Assembly: GCA_001001555.1 (NCBI GenBank) | Contig: LCKS01000001.1 | Location: 82,066 to 146,065, forward strand | Direction of reading: 5' to 3' | DNA length: 64,000 nucleotides | Origin: Candidatus Amesbacteria bacterium GW2011_GWC2_45_19 | GTDB lineage: Bacteria; Patescibacteriota; Microgenomatia; CAZETR01; Amesbacteraceae | Part shown: positions 34,944 to 45,245 of the stretch, in pieces | Position numbering within the stretch: the first letter of the stretch is position 1 | Layout: every line of letters begins with the position of its first letter | Translations under genes and position numbers: made by a program | Notes under the pieces: model-generated | Told to the model about the DNA's origin: nothing | Seen by the model: only the letters and a program-made list of their open reading frames with translations | Databases searched by the model: none

Positions 34944-36712
34944 GAAAATTCTGGTTCTCATTAATGACTCCTTTTTTAATTGCCGTTTCTTCGGCTGGGG
35001 CGGCGGATGATAAATTTATCACTGTCGTAAACCCGGTCAGGATTTCTATTTATAATTCTGATCCGGTGGCCAGCATAAAAGCTCAGTATGCAGTAATAAA
35101 CAAATTGAATTTACCGGCAACCTGGCTTGTGACTTATGATGTACTAAATCAACCAGAAATAATTGCCGAATTTAAAAAATTTTCATCCAATCAAGAACCC
35201 GGAATTTTCTTGGAGATTACTCCGGAATTTTCTAAAGTTGCGGGAGTCAAGTACCACAACACCGGCTCCTGGCATTTTGCTAATGCCGTCTTTCTTTCTG
35301 GTTACACCCAAGAAGAGAGGATCAAATTTATCGATACAGTATTTGCTAAATTCAAAGAACAATTCGGCTATTATCCAATTTCCGTAGGTGCTTGGTGGAT
35401 AGACAGTTTTTCTTTAAATTACATGCATAATAAATATGGAATTATAGCCAATTTAGGAGTAGCAGATCAGTACTCTACCGATAATTATCAAGTCTGGGGG
35501 ACTTATTGGTCTATCCCGTATTACCCCAGCAAACTTCACGCCGGTATTCCCGCGGGAAGGGTGGACAATAAAATAGGAGTAGTTATCCTGCAGTGGGCTC
35601 CGCGCGAACCCCGCCGGGGTTATTACAGCAGTCTGTATAGCACCCAGGATTATTTCACCACTCCAAAGCTTGATATCAATTATTTTTCCCAGCTAATTGA
35701 TATATTCCCCCAAGTTACTGTAGGTTTGGAAAGTGACTTTACACCTGAAGCCTATGGGGGTGAATATACCAAGCAAATGCAAATTGTAGCCCAAAAAACC
35801 GCAACCAAGATGACAATGAAAGATTTTGCCAAATGGTACGCAGATAAGTTTCCCGAGGTATCGCCGGAACAAAAGATCGAGTCAGACGGCATGCTCTGGT
35901 ACCAATCGCCTTTTTACCGGTTGAGTATAGATAAGACAAATTTCAAAATAATCGATTTTAGAGTCTATCCGCCGGATTTGCGCGAGCCGTACTATCTGTG
36001 GCCAAACCGGGAAAAAGACTTGCGCATCAATACCCCGTCTTTAATTGATTCTATCCAAAATCCTTCAGAAACTTGGACGATTACTGATCTGAATATCAAA
36101 ACTACTCCAAAATATTTTGAATCAATGAACAAACCGCCCCAAAGTTTTTTCAAGTCAAAATTAATCAAAATTACCCCAATTAACAATAATTGGCGGATAG
36201 AAATAAATACTGAATTAGAGAATTTAACAGACGGGGTCGTTTTTAGTGACTGGAGCCTGGCCACAAAACACTTGCTCAAGGCCCCTAAAAGTCTTATCAG
36301 AGCCATTATTTCTTTCGACTGGAATAAATTTAAGAAAGAAAAATATTGGATTTCTCCGGAAGAAATTATCGGACTGGACAAGTTGAGGCAGCTGCCCGCC
36401 GGCAAAGTGTTGGTCTATAATCACGAATGTTTGCAGTGTGAGTATTTTGGCAAATACCGCCCGGCAGCCTTTGCCAATTCCAGAGGCTATATCCAAAAAT
36501 ATTCCGGGAAAGCCATAATTTACAACAGCGGGATTTTTGAAGCGAAATCTCAAGCTGGGCTGAAATCTAAATTAAAATCTACGGATGCAGGCTATATTTA
36601 TGTAAGCAAATACGCGCCCGGGGTCGAACTATTGAGATTTTCTCCCGGCGACTACGGTATCCGGAAAATATTTGAGAACGCCATGGTCCAGATTTGGAAA
36701 GTAGTAAAATAG
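34940..36712 (+). CDS. Exported hypothetical protein with N-terminal signal peptide (possible carbohydrate-processing enzyme)
   Basis: MRKFWFSLMTPFLIAVSSAGAADD signal peptide; 590 aa soluble, Trp/Tyr-rich; no recognised catalytic motif. Confidence 0.45.
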   Translation: MRKFWFSLMTPFLIAVSSAGAADDKFITVVNPVRISIYNSDPVASIKAQYAVINKLNLPATWLVTYDVLNQPEIIAEFKKFSSNQEPGIFLEITPEFSKVAGVKYHNTGSWHFANAVFLSGYTQEERIKFIDTVFAKFKEQFGYYPISVGAWWIDSFSLNYMHNKYGIIANLGVADQYSTDNYQVWGTYWSIPYYPSKLHAGIPAGRVDNKIGVVILQWAPREPRRGYYSSLYSTQDYFTTPKLDINYFSQLIDIFPQVTVGLESDFTPEAYGGEYTKQMQIVAQKTATKMTMKDFAKWYADKFPEVSPEQKIESDGMLWYQSPFYRLSIDKTNFKIIDFRVYPPDLREPYYLWPNREKDLRINTPSLIDSIQNPSETWTITDLNIKTTPKYFESMNKPPQSFFKSKLIKITPINNNWRIEINTELENLTDGVVFSDWSLATKHLLKAPKSLIRAIISFDWNKFKKEKYWISPEEIIGLDKLRQLPAGKVLVYNHECLQCEYFGKYRPAAFANSRGYIQKYSGKAIIYNSGIFEAKSQAGLKSKLKSTDAGYIYVSKYAPGVELLRFSPGDYGIRKIFENAMVQIWKVVK

Positions 36713-36716
36713 GTCA

Positions 36717-37724
36717 ATGAACTTTCCTGGAGTTAGCATCATTATTCCGGTTTTAAATAACGAACGTACTATTAAAAAGTGCTTGGAATGTGTTACGTTC
36801 CAAGATTATCCTAAAAACAAAGTCGAGATCCTGATTCTTGATGGGGGAAGCACTGACAAAACCATAGCAATCTCAAAATCTTCTAAAAGCATAAACCTTC
36901 ACATTATAAAAGGTGGTTACCGCAACAATATGGAGGCCAGGAGATCTATAGGCTTCCAAAAAGCAAAGCACAATTTAGTATTGGTTTTAGATTCAGACAA
37001 CTACCTATATAGCCCAGACAGCCTTCGAAAGTTAGTCAAGCCCATGCTCGGCAAGGATCGTCTGGTTGGGTCATTCACACTTCATTACCATTATGACTCC
37101 AGATTGCCGCTCTTTACTAGATATATCTCTCTATTTGGCAACCATGATCCTGTTGCCTACTATTTACACAAGGCTGATCGGCAAAAGATTACTCAAAAAA
37201 CCTGGCCACATAAAAATCAAATCGTGTCTACAAAACCGGAATGGACTATTGTTCAATTTAATAAAAAAGATTTCCCGACCCTCGGCTGCAATGGGTTTCT
37301 CATAAACAAAAAATACCTGCACTTAAAAGATATTAAACCGGAGAATTTTTTACATACAGATATTCTCTATGACCTTCTCGATAAAGGATTAAATAAATAT
37401 GCGGTGGTTGATGCTCAGGTTGTTCACGATAGCAGCTCCAGCATTAAACGGCATTTAGAAAAAAGGTATGAATATATGCAGCTCCACCATATTTCTCTGG
37501 CTAAAATAAGGCGCTACAAAGTCTTCGATTCTGACTCGCCCCAGGATCGTCTCCGTCTTGGCAAATTTATTTTATATACTATTACCATTGTCAGACCTCT
37601 CTATGAATCAATCGAAGGATTTTTTCAAAAACCTGATCTCGCCTGGTTTATTCACCCATTTTTATGCTGGGCATTTCTAATCACTTATTCATTTGCGGTA
37701 GTTAATCCTTACAAAAAAGGATGA
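36717..37724 (+). CDS. GT2 glycosyltransferase
   Basis: VSIIIPVLNNERTI...ILILDGGSTDKT...LDSDNYL. Confidence 0.6.
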   Translation: MNFPGVSIIIPVLNNERTIKKCLECVTFQDYPKNKVEILILDGGSTDKTIAISKSSKSINLHIIKGGYRNNMEARRSIGFQKAKHNLVLVLDSDNYLYSPDSLRKLVKPMLGKDRLVGSFTLHYHYDSRLPLFTRYISLFGNHDPVAYYLHKADRQKITQKTWPHKNQIVSTKPEWTIVQFNKKDFPTLGCNGFLINKKYLHLKDIKPENFLHTDILYDLLDKGLNKYAVVDAQVVHDSSSSIKRHLEKRYEYMQLHHISLAKIRRYKVFDSDSPQDRLRLGKFILYTITIVRPLYESIEGFFQKPDLAWFIHPFLCWAFLITYSFAVVNPYKKG

Positions 37725-38833
37725 ACATATTAATTTTAAACTGGAAAGATCTTAAGCATCCACAAGTGGGTGGGGCCGAAATCATAGTCTACGAATTGGC
37801 AAAGAGGCTTGTATCAGTGGGACACGAAGTAACTTGGTTTTGCAGAAGCTTCAAATACGGCAAACATGAAGAGACTATAGACGGAGTCAAGATTGTAAGA
37901 AGAGGCAATCTAGTGACTATGTACTTTCACGCGCCAATATACTATTGGAAACTCCGGAAAAAACCGGATGTTGTAGTCGATATCTCCAACACAATATATT
38001 GGCAAACTCCTTTGTGGGCATGGCAATCAAAAAGAATCGCTTATCTGAACCAACTTGCCCAAGAGGTATTTTATTATGAATACCCGGTCTTTGTATCCAG
38101 ATTCGGTAAATTGGCAGAAAGGCTTCAATACTTGGCATATTTAAACACCAAGTTCGTTTGTTACGCCCAAAGTACAAAGGCAGACTTGATATCAATGGGA
38201 ATAAACGATTCCATGATAAGCACATTCTCATTAGGAGTTGATCACGATAGATATTTTCCTGGCAAAAAGTCAAAAAACCCGTTATTTATATGCGTTAACC
38301 GATTGGTGAAGATGAAAAGAACAGATTTGGTTATCAGAGCCATGGAGATTGTTCATAAGCGTTTTCCTGACACCAGATTAGTAGTCGTAGGATATGGTTA
38401 CGATAGAATAAGACTTGAGAAATTGAGGGATAGTTTGAATCTGGAAGACTCAGTAAAGTTTGCGGATGAAAATATATTATTTTTCACCAAAAACTCAAAG
38501 GATAAAAAAGTAACACTTATGCAACAAGCTTGGGCATTGGTCTTTCCTTCAGTCAAAGAAGGGTGGGGGATGACTGTTACTGAATGTGCAGCCTGTGAAA
38601 CCCCGGCTATAGTGTCCGGCGTCAGCGGACTAAAGGATTCGGTGGTCGATAATCAAACGGGTATTATTCTCTCCCCAAATCCATCGCCTGAAGAAATTGC
38701 CGGCGCAATGGTTAGCTTAATTAAAAACCCGAAACTTCGCAACCACCTGTCTAAACAAGCCAGACTTTACTCGCGAAAATTTAGTTGGGACAAAAGTTAT
38801 CGGGAATTCGCAAACATAATTAGTCGACTATGA
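37721..38833 (+). CDS. GT4 glycosyltransferase, tandem paralog 1 of 3
   Basis: MNILILNWKDLKHPQVGGAEI...EGWGMTVTECAACETPAIVS. Confidence 0.65.
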   Translation: MNILILNWKDLKHPQVGGAEIIVYELAKRLVSVGHEVTWFCRSFKYGKHEETIDGVKIVRRGNLVTMYFHAPIYYWKLRKKPDVVVDISNTIYWQTPLWAWQSKRIAYLNQLAQEVFYYEYPVFVSRFGKLAERLQYLAYLNTKFVCYAQSTKADLISMGINDSMISTFSLGVDHDRYFPGKKSKNPLFICVNRLVKMKRTDLVIRAMEIVHKRFPDTRLVVVGYGYDRIRLEKLRDSLNLEDSVKFADENILFFTKNSKDKKVTLMQQAWALVFPSVKEGWGMTVTECAACETPAIVSGVSGLKDSVVDNQTGIILSPNPSPEEIAGAMVSLIKNPKLRNHLSKQARLYSRKFSWDKSYREFANIISRL

Positions 38834-39960
38834 ATATCCTAATGCTTTCCTGGAGAGGACCAGGTCATCCCAACTCTGGTGGTGCAGAAATAAACACGCT
38901 TGAAAATGTCACTGCATGGACCAAAGCCGGACACAGCGTTACCTGGTTCACTTCGACCTTTCCGGGCGCAACCCCTTTCGAGGTTGTTAACAAAGTGAAA
39001 ATTGTTAGACGCGGATCCCAAAATTTTAAAGTTAATTTAGCGGCATTTACTTGGTATCTTTTTAAACCCCATGAGAGATTTGACATAGTCGTTGATCAAT
39101 TTCATGGATTGCCCTTCTTTACTTCTCTGTACGTTAAGGTTCCTAAACTTGCGTTTATTCATGAAGTGGCCCGTGAGGTTTGGTGGCTAAATCCCTGGCC
39201 TAAACCGTTTAACCTTATTCCAGCCATAGTCGGCAGCTTTCTTGAGCCATGGATATTTCGCATTCTTTACAAAGATATTCCTTTTATGACAGTATCTAAT
39301 TCGACCAAAGAAGATTTAATTAAATATGGAATTCCTGAAAAAAATATATCGGTATTTCTTAGTGGAGTTAATCTTTCCATCCCGTCTCCTTTACCCCCTA
39401 AAAACAAGATTCCAACGATTGTATTTTTAGGAGCATTGTCTAAAGACAAAGGAATAGAAGACGCATTACTTACCTTTTCTTTTATTAGTAAACTCCGTCC
39501 ATCTTGGAAATTCTGGGTGATAGGTCAGGGCGAAACCAACTATCAACTCTATTTAGACACTCTTTGTCAGAAACTGCAGGTAGATAAAAAGGTCAAGTTT
39601 TTGGGTCCGGTTTATTCACTGGAGAAGTTTAAGTTGCTATCACAATCGCACATTTTGATTAATCCTTCAATCCGGGAAGGATGGGGCCTGGTTAATATTG
39701 AAGCTAATGCCGTAGGAACTCCGGTAGTAGGATACTCTGTTCCAGGCACTAAAGATTCAGTTCGTCATCAAATTACCGGTCTCCTCTGTCCTCCCCATCA
39801 TCCAGAGTTGCTGGCCGGGAATACGATCCGGTTAATTGAAAACAAAAAATTATATAAACGACTCGTTTCCAATTCTCTACGTTGGAGTAGACAATTTTCT
39901 TGGGACAAGTTTACTAAACAAAGCTTAAATCTTATTGAAAACCTAGCGGGTAAGAAATGA
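38830..39960 (+). CDS. GT4 glycosyltransferase, tandem paralog 2 of 3
   Basis: MNILMLSWRGPGHPNSGGAEI...EGWGLVNIEANAVGTPVVGY; ATGA overlaps. Confidence 0.65.
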   Translation: MNILMLSWRGPGHPNSGGAEINTLENVTAWTKAGHSVTWFTSTFPGATPFEVVNKVKIVRRGSQNFKVNLAAFTWYLFKPHERFDIVVDQFHGLPFFTSLYVKVPKLAFIHEVAREVWWLNPWPKPFNLIPAIVGSFLEPWIFRILYKDIPFMTVSNSTKEDLIKYGIPEKNISVFLSGVNLSIPSPLPPKNKIPTIVFLGALSKDKGIEDALLTFSFISKLRPSWKFWVIGQGETNYQLYLDTLCQKLQVDKKVKFLGPVYSLEKFKLLSQSHILINPSIREGWGLVNIEANAVGTPVVGYSVPGTKDSVRHQITGLLCPPHHPELLAGNTIRLIENKKLYKRLVSNSLRWSRQFSWDKFTKQSLNLIENLAGKK

Positions 39961-41087
39961 ACATTTTAATGCTTTCCTGGCGCGGTCCCGGCCATCCAAA
40001 CTATGGCGGAGCTGAAATCTCCACTTATCATCATATCCGGGCCTGGGTCAAGGCGGGCCACCAGGTTTATTGGTTTACTTCTTCCGTTCTCCATAGTCCG
40101 TCTGAGGAAACTATCGACGGTGTACACATTATCCGCCGGGGGTTCCAGATTCTGCAAGTCCAATTCGCAGCCGTTATCTGGTATTTTTTCTCTCCCCATC
40201 CCAAATTTGACCTGGTAGTCGATCAGTTTCACGGAATCCCTTTTTTTACCCCTCTTTTTGTTAGATCCAAAAAATTAGCGTTCATTCATGAGGTGGCTAA
40301 AGAAGTTTGGTGGATAAATCATTTGCGCTTTCCCGCCAATTACATATTTGGCACAGCCGGGTTTATTTCCGAACCCTTAATTTTTCGACTTTTTTATCGT
40401 CACATTCCCTTTTTTACCGTATCCCAGTCCACGAAACAAGATTTGATCAAATGGTCCATCCCCGCTTCAAATATTTATATCATACCTAACGGAACCACTA
40501 CTTTGCCTGCTAAATTTGCCAAAGAAAAAACCCCAACCGTGATTTTTTTAGGCGCTGTCGCTCATGATAAGGGAATTGAAGATACACTATTTGCCTTTTC
40601 ATACATTATTAAACTACATCCTCAATGGCGTTTATGGATTGTTGGCAAGAGTGAACCGACCTATCAGGCTAAGCTGGATGAACTCGGTCTTCACTTAGGC
40701 ATTAATTCTCGGCTCAAATTCTGGGGTTTTGTCAATCAACGGAAGAAATTTGAACTGCTGGCCAAAGCTCATGTGATGCTTAACCCGTCCATCAGAGAGG
40801 GTTGGGGATTAGTAAATATTGAAGCTAATTCTGTCGGTACACCCGTTGTCGCCTATGACGTTCCTGGTTGTCGAGATTCTATCCAAAACGGCACAACTGG
40901 CCTTCTCTGTCCCAAAGGCGATATTTCCTGTCTTGCCAAAACCTGCGTTCGTCTCGTGAGTGATAATAAACTATATGAAAAAACGTCAGCTCAAGCTAAG
41001 AAGTGGTCTCTACAATTTTCCTGGGCTAAATCCGCCTCTCTTAGTCTCAAGCTTATTGAGACTTTACGCACAACAAGTTTGCATTAA
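39957..41087 (+). CDS. GT4 glycosyltransferase, tandem paralog 3 of 3
   Basis: MNILMLSWRGPGHPNYGGAEI...EGWGLVNIEANSVGTPVVAY. Confidence 0.65.
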   Translation: MNILMLSWRGPGHPNYGGAEISTYHHIRAWVKAGHQVYWFTSSVLHSPSEETIDGVHIIRRGFQILQVQFAAVIWYFFSPHPKFDLVVDQFHGIPFFTPLFVRSKKLAFIHEVAKEVWWINHLRFPANYIFGTAGFISEPLIFRLFYRHIPFFTVSQSTKQDLIKWSIPASNIYIIPNGTTTLPAKFAKEKTPTVIFLGAVAHDKGIEDTLFAFSYIIKLHPQWRLWIVGKSEPTYQAKLDELGLHLGINSRLKFWGFVNQRKKFELLAKAHVMLNPSIREGWGLVNIEANSVGTPVVAYDVPGCRDSIQNGTTGLLCPKGDISCLAKTCVRLVSDNKLYEKTSAQAKKWSLQFSWAKSASLSLKLIETLRTTSLH

Positions 41088-41937
41088 ATAGTGAACTTTT
41101 AGGATAATTTTTTAACATCTGTTGAAACGAGATTTTGGATACTTTATTAGCAGTACTATCTATTTCATAAACTTTAAACTTATAAGCCTTAAGTAATTCC
41201 AAATAATCTCTACCCGAACTACCGCTTAGATATAATCCCCTCGGCCAAAATTCAGTTAGGATTTTCATTTTTTTGTTCTTTCTTAACACCTCTGACGCTC
41301 CTGTTAAAGCCTTTACCTCTGAGCCTTGAATATCCATCTTAATGACATTAATTCTTTTCTCTTTATTTTTGAAAAAAGTGTCCAATTTGATTGTTCTGAT
41401 AGAAGTAGATCGCCTATTACCTTCTGGATCATAAATGCGTTGGTCTCCAAAATTATCTTCATTACTTAAAAAAAGTTTACTCTTGCCATTTTTGTTCGAT
41501 ACAGCTTTATTTACCAACACTACATTTTTATATCCATTAACTTCCACATTTTTTTTAAGCAACTCAAAATTTTTGGGAAGTGGTTCAAATGCATATACCT
41601 TCCCTTTTGGTCCAACCCTTTTTGCTGCTATCAACGTGTAGTATCCAATATGGGCACCTATATCTATAACGATGTTTCCTGGTTTAATATTCTGTTCAAA
41701 CAGACTTGCCTCAAACTTCTCCCACTTTCCACTCAATATCAGTTCCAGCGAAATCACTCGGTCATCTTTGTCAATGTACATCCGATGGCCGCCAATAATC
41801 AATGATTCGGGTTTAAAAAAATTAACTACCGGCGAGACGACGGCTTTAGTATATGGATTTTCATAAATTTGGTGCACTACGGTCCACAAAACTCCTCTGC
41901 CAATATTTTTATATATTTTTCCAAACACAAGTATCAT
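41053..41937 (-). CDS. FkbM-family SAM-dependent methyltransferase
   Basis: VIDIGAHIGYYTLIAAKRVGPKGKVYAFEPLPKNFELLKKNVEVNGY...MDIQGSEVKAL. Confidence 0.6.
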   Translation of the reverse strand: MILVFGKIYKNIGRGVLWTVVHQIYENPYTKAVVSPVVNFFKPESLIIGGHRMYIDKDDRVISLELILSGKWEKFEASLFEQNIKPGNIVIDIGAHIGYYTLIAAKRVGPKGKVYAFEPLPKNFELLKKNVEVNGYKNVVLVNKAVSNKNGKSKLFLSNEDNFGDQRIYDPEGNRRSTSIRTIKLDTFFKNKEKRINVIKMDIQGSEVKALTGASEVLRKNKKMKILTEFWPRGLYLSGSSGRDYLELLKAYKFKVYEIDSTANKVSKISFQQMLKNYPKSSLFNANLLCVKSQ

Positions 41938-41940
41938 TAT

Positions 41941-42969
41941 ATGCTAAACTGGCAAAATTACCTTATGACACCCGAGCAAAAAACTTATCTTCCAGTGTCT
42001 CAATTGGCCTTGGAAACTTTCAGACAAACTCCGAACCATGATTTAGAACTTCTCATCAAAACCCCCACGGGTACTTACCAGACGGCTTGGGAACGGGCTT
42101 ATGGAGAACCAGCTCTGAATCCCGATTCCCGACTGCCCGGCCTATTGGGTGGTGAAGATTTCATGCCTCCCGGGAAAAGAAAGCTTCTTTTTGGTACCCA
42201 TCTTAATGGCCGTTGTCCGGCCGACTGCCTAGATTGTCCCTTTGGCTCAACTACCATAAGAGCCATTTACGCTTCCGAATCCGATTTGCACTACACTCTG
42301 GCCCGACCGATTACTCCAGCTGAACTGTCGGCTTTTCTGGTCAGAGCCAAACAAATAGCAGTCGAGCGGGGAATTTTAAAATCTGGTGAAACATTTAGTG
42401 CTGGAGCTTTACTTTCCGGGGATCCTGGTTATAACCGACATACAGCCGAACTTGTTGCCGCTGTAAGTCGAGTTCCAGACTGTGAAGCCTGTCGTTGGTC
42501 GACCATTGCCCCCGATACTGGCCACAACGTCTTAGCGGCTTTTATAAAAGGAGCGCAGCTCGCCCGGGAAATAGACCCAGCCCACATTTCCAGTTTTCAA
42601 GCCTCCCTTCACAGTACCGATCATGAGGTTCGCGTGCGGCATACGGGAGTCACCCGTCTTCTTTCAATGAGTGATATTGCCGCGGCCTCACAGGAAATTT
42701 ATCAAATTACCGGTAGAAAACTGTCGTTAGCCTTCGTACTGCATGCAGGTTCGGTGATAGACCATCGGGTATTAAAAGATAACTTTTCGCCTGATCACAA
42801 TATTATTTCTCTCCGGCCTATCTATTCCGCCACTACACTACCCATGAATCCGGATAACACGATAAAACTCTATTCGCAGCTAAGAAAAGATGGCTGGGAT
42901 GTAGTTTACATGCCCCCAAACCAAGGTAATGGTGGGCCACCGATTGAATTACACAATATGAGAGGCTAA
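41941..42969 (+). CDS. Hypothetical protein with CX3CX2C cysteine cluster (candidate radical-SAM-like Fe-S enzyme); higher GC than neighbours
   Basis: LLFGTHLNGRCPADCLDCPFG with later SGDPG; start chosen at first ATG after the divergent FkbM start; ~50% GC vs ~38% around. Confidence 0.4.
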   Translation: MLNWQNYLMTPEQKTYLPVSQLALETFRQTPNHDLELLIKTPTGTYQTAWERAYGEPALNPDSRLPGLLGGEDFMPPGKRKLLFGTHLNGRCPADCLDCPFGSTTIRAIYASESDLHYTLARPITPAELSAFLVRAKQIAVERGILKSGETFSAGALLSGDPGYNRHTAELVAAVSRVPDCEACRWSTIAPDTGHNVLAAFIKGAQLAREIDPAHISSFQASLHSTDHEVRVRHTGVTRLLSMSDIAAASQEIYQITGRKLSLAFVLHAGSVIDHRVLKDNFSPDHNIISLRPIYSATTLPMNPDNTIKLYSQLRKDGWDVVYMPPNQGNGGPPIELHNMRG

Positions 42970-43790
42970 GTGAGTGGATTATAGTAGCCCGTTGCCGCCT
43001 TAATAGCCATTAGGAGAACGTCCAGCTTTTTTCTAAAGCCGACTATTTTGGTGGGAGTTTTACCCTGCGGAGGATAGCTGCGGATAACCGGGATTTCCAC
43101 ACTACGCAGTCCCAATCGGTTTGCGCGGGCGGTCACATAAAACAAAATCTCATAGCTATTAAAAACGCCCCGGAATAATTTCAAGTTTGGATCAAGAAGT
43201 AACTTCTTGCTGTAAGCCCGATGCCCATTACTTGTGTCTGTGTACCATTTGCTAGCGGCCAAGCTAAGCATTGGAGAGAATAAATATTTAATTGCCACCT
43301 CTCGTTCTAAAGGAGTATTTATTCCCCGGCCGCTCTTAATAAACCTGGATCCCTGGATATAGTCATATCCCATATCCAAATACTTCACAAAATTTGGAAT
43401 AGCTTTAGAATCATCCTTACCATTACCGTCAATGTGTAATACCCCTGCATAACCATTTTTAAGGGCAAAGGCATAAGCCATTCGATATTGAGCCCCCAAT
43501 CTCCCTGAACCAGTTTTTACGAGCAAGGTAGTCACTCCTTGATTTTTCAAAAATTTTGGGTCGGTGGAACCGTCCGTACTTCCTCCATCGGCAATAATAA
43601 TGTCCACTAGTTTCGAATACCTTTTTACTTTTTTCAACTGTTTCTTAAACTTGTCTCCCTCATTAATAACGGGAATAACCAAACAATATTTAGTCTTTCT
43701 TTTTTTAAATTCAAATTTTTCAAAATCCGGCACCTCCCAATCCTTTTTCATCACCCAATTATACAGTTGTATAATTGTCTTGTGGTACAA
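42966..43790 (-). CDS. GT2 polyprenyl-phosphate sugar synthase (DPM1-like); probable true start at 43751 (MKKDWEVP...)
   Basis: CLVIPVINEGDK...IIIADGGSTDGSTD...HIDGNGKDD. The ORF's first 13 codons overlap a palindromic promoter; a minus-strand TATAAT sits 7 nt upstream of the internal Met. Confidence 0.65.
   Translation of the reverse strand: MYHKTIIQLYNWVMKKDWEVPDFEKFEFKKRKTKYCLVIPVINEGDKFKKQLKKVKRYSKLVDIIIADGGSTDGSTDPKFLKNQGVTTLLVKTGSGRLGAQYRMAYAFALKNGYAGVLHIDGNGKDDSKAIPNFVKYLDMGYDYIQGSRFIKSGRGINTPLEREVAIKYLFSPMLSLAASKWYTDTSNGHRAYSKKLLLDPNLKLFRGVFNSYEILFYVTARANRLGLRSVEIPVIRSYPPQGKTPTKIVGFRKKLDVLLMAIKAATGYYNPLT
43756..43777. promoter_or_regulatory. Palindrome CAATTATACA-GT-TGTATAATTG with TATAAT on both strands; candidate bidirectional promoter
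   Basis: Read directly; minus-strand TATAAT is positioned for a leaderless start at 43751. Plus-strand TATAAT (43769-43774) is ~30 nt upstream of the GtrA ATG at 43806. Confidence 0.45.
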
Positions 43791-43805
43791 ACTTCTATAC
43801 AGCTC

Positions 43806-44189
43806 ATGCGGTTTGTGTTTGTAGGAGGACTGGCGGTGGGGGTTGATTTTATGGTTTATTTTGGGTTGTTATTTTTACTATCGGGTATTTCTACTCCTTT
43901 GGCTAAGGCTATATCTTACATCTGTGGGGCAACAGTTTCGTTTGTGGGCCACCGGTCTTTTGTATTTGCAGCCCACGATCGGCAGGCCAGACATCAAGTC
44001 CTGCCTTTTATTATTCTGTATGGAAGTTCTTTAATAGCCAACAATCTAATTAACCAAGTTATTTTAAATCTGACAGGGGTAAGAGTCCTGGCTTGGTTTA
44101 TAGCCATTTGCTCCTCAACTACCATAAACTATCTGGGGATGAAATTTGGAGTGTTTAGAGACGGATCTTTACACTTGCCAAAAATGTGA
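43806..44189 (+). CDS. GtrA-family small membrane protein
   Basis: MRFVFVGGLAVGVDFMVYFGLL..., 4 TM, 127 aa. Confidence 0.55.
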   Translation: MRFVFVGGLAVGVDFMVYFGLLFLLSGISTPLAKAISYICGATVSFVGHRSFVFAAHDRQARHQVLPFIILYGSSLIANNLINQVILNLTGVRVLAWFIAICSSTTINYLGMKFGVFRDGSLHLPKM

Positions 44190-44204
44190 TATAAACTTCG
44201 GTGT

Positions 44205-45245
44205 ATGAAAGTATTAGTTACCGGGGGATGCGGATTTGCAGGCAGTCATGTTTGTGAATACTACAAAAAACAAGGCGCGAAGGTAGTAGCTTATGATAAT
44301 CTGACTAAATTTGAACTCCGCAGGACTGGTTATTCTACTGAAAAAGCCAGGTTTCATAACGTTGAGTTTCTAAAAAAACTAAAAGTAGAAATAGTCAGAG
44401 AGGACATTAGAGACAGACAAACATTGGAAAATTACGCCAAAAAAGCAGACTTTATAATTCACACTGCCGCCCAGCCAGCCATGACAATTTCCTGGGAAGA
44501 CCCAGAGTTGGACTTTACCACCAACGTGGTAGGAACATTTAATATCTTAGAAATTGCCCGTAAATATAAAATTCCGACTGTATCTTGCGCGACTATCCAC
44601 ATATATGGAAACAAAATTAATGACGAGGTCAAAGAAGGCAAGACTCGCTACATCAGGCGTCCGGCAGAAATAGATGAGAGTCATAGATTGGTCGAAGGCT
44701 TGTTGACACCATTGCATGCTTCCAAACATACCCTAGACCTTTATACTCAAACTTACATTGATACCTACAAACTTCCCTTGGCCTCTTTTAGGCTCACAGG
44801 ACTATATGGATCGCGTCAGTTTGGTGGAGAGGACCACGGTTGGGTAGCCAATTTCGCCATTCGTTCTGTTATGGATTACCCATTAACTATTTTTGGAACA
44901 GGTAAGCAAGTCCGCGATATCCTTCACATTTCCGATTTAGTCAGAGCATTTGACGCATTTTACAAAAAACAAAAAGCCGGTGTCTATAATATTGGCGGTG
45001 GAACTAAAACTATACTTTCATTGATAGAGTGCATACACTTGATAGAGAAAATATTGGGTAAAAAATCAGAGATTAGTTATCAACCCTCTCGAATGGGAGA
45101 CTTGGTCTATTTTGTCTGTGACATCACTAAGGCTAAGAAAAATTTAGGCTGGTCTGCCAAAGTTTCTCCGGAAAAGGGTGTTCGGGAGCTTGTTAATTGG
45201 GTCCAACAGAACAAAAATCTTTTCGAAATCAAAGATGCAAAATAA
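44205..45245 (+). CDS. NAD-dependent sugar-nucleotide epimerase/dehydratase (extended SDR; CDP-/UDP-sugar epimerase-like)
   Basis: MKVLVTGGCGFAGSH Rossmann; YxxxK region present (ASKHTLDLY). Confidence 0.7.
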   Translation: MKVLVTGGCGFAGSHVCEYYKKQGAKVVAYDNLTKFELRRTGYSTEKARFHNVEFLKKLKVEIVREDIRDRQTLENYAKKADFIIHTAAQPAMTISWEDPELDFTTNVVGTFNILEIARKYKIPTVSCATIHIYGNKINDEVKEGKTRYIRRPAEIDESHRLVEGLLTPLHASKHTLDLYTQTYIDTYKLPLASFRLTGLYGSRQFGGEDHGWVANFAIRSVMDYPLTIFGTGKQVRDILHISDLVRAFDAFYKKQKAGVYNIGGGTKTILSLIECIHLIEKILGKKSEISYQPSRMGDLVYFVCDITKAKKNLGWSAKVSPEKGVRELVNWVQQNKNLFEIKDAK

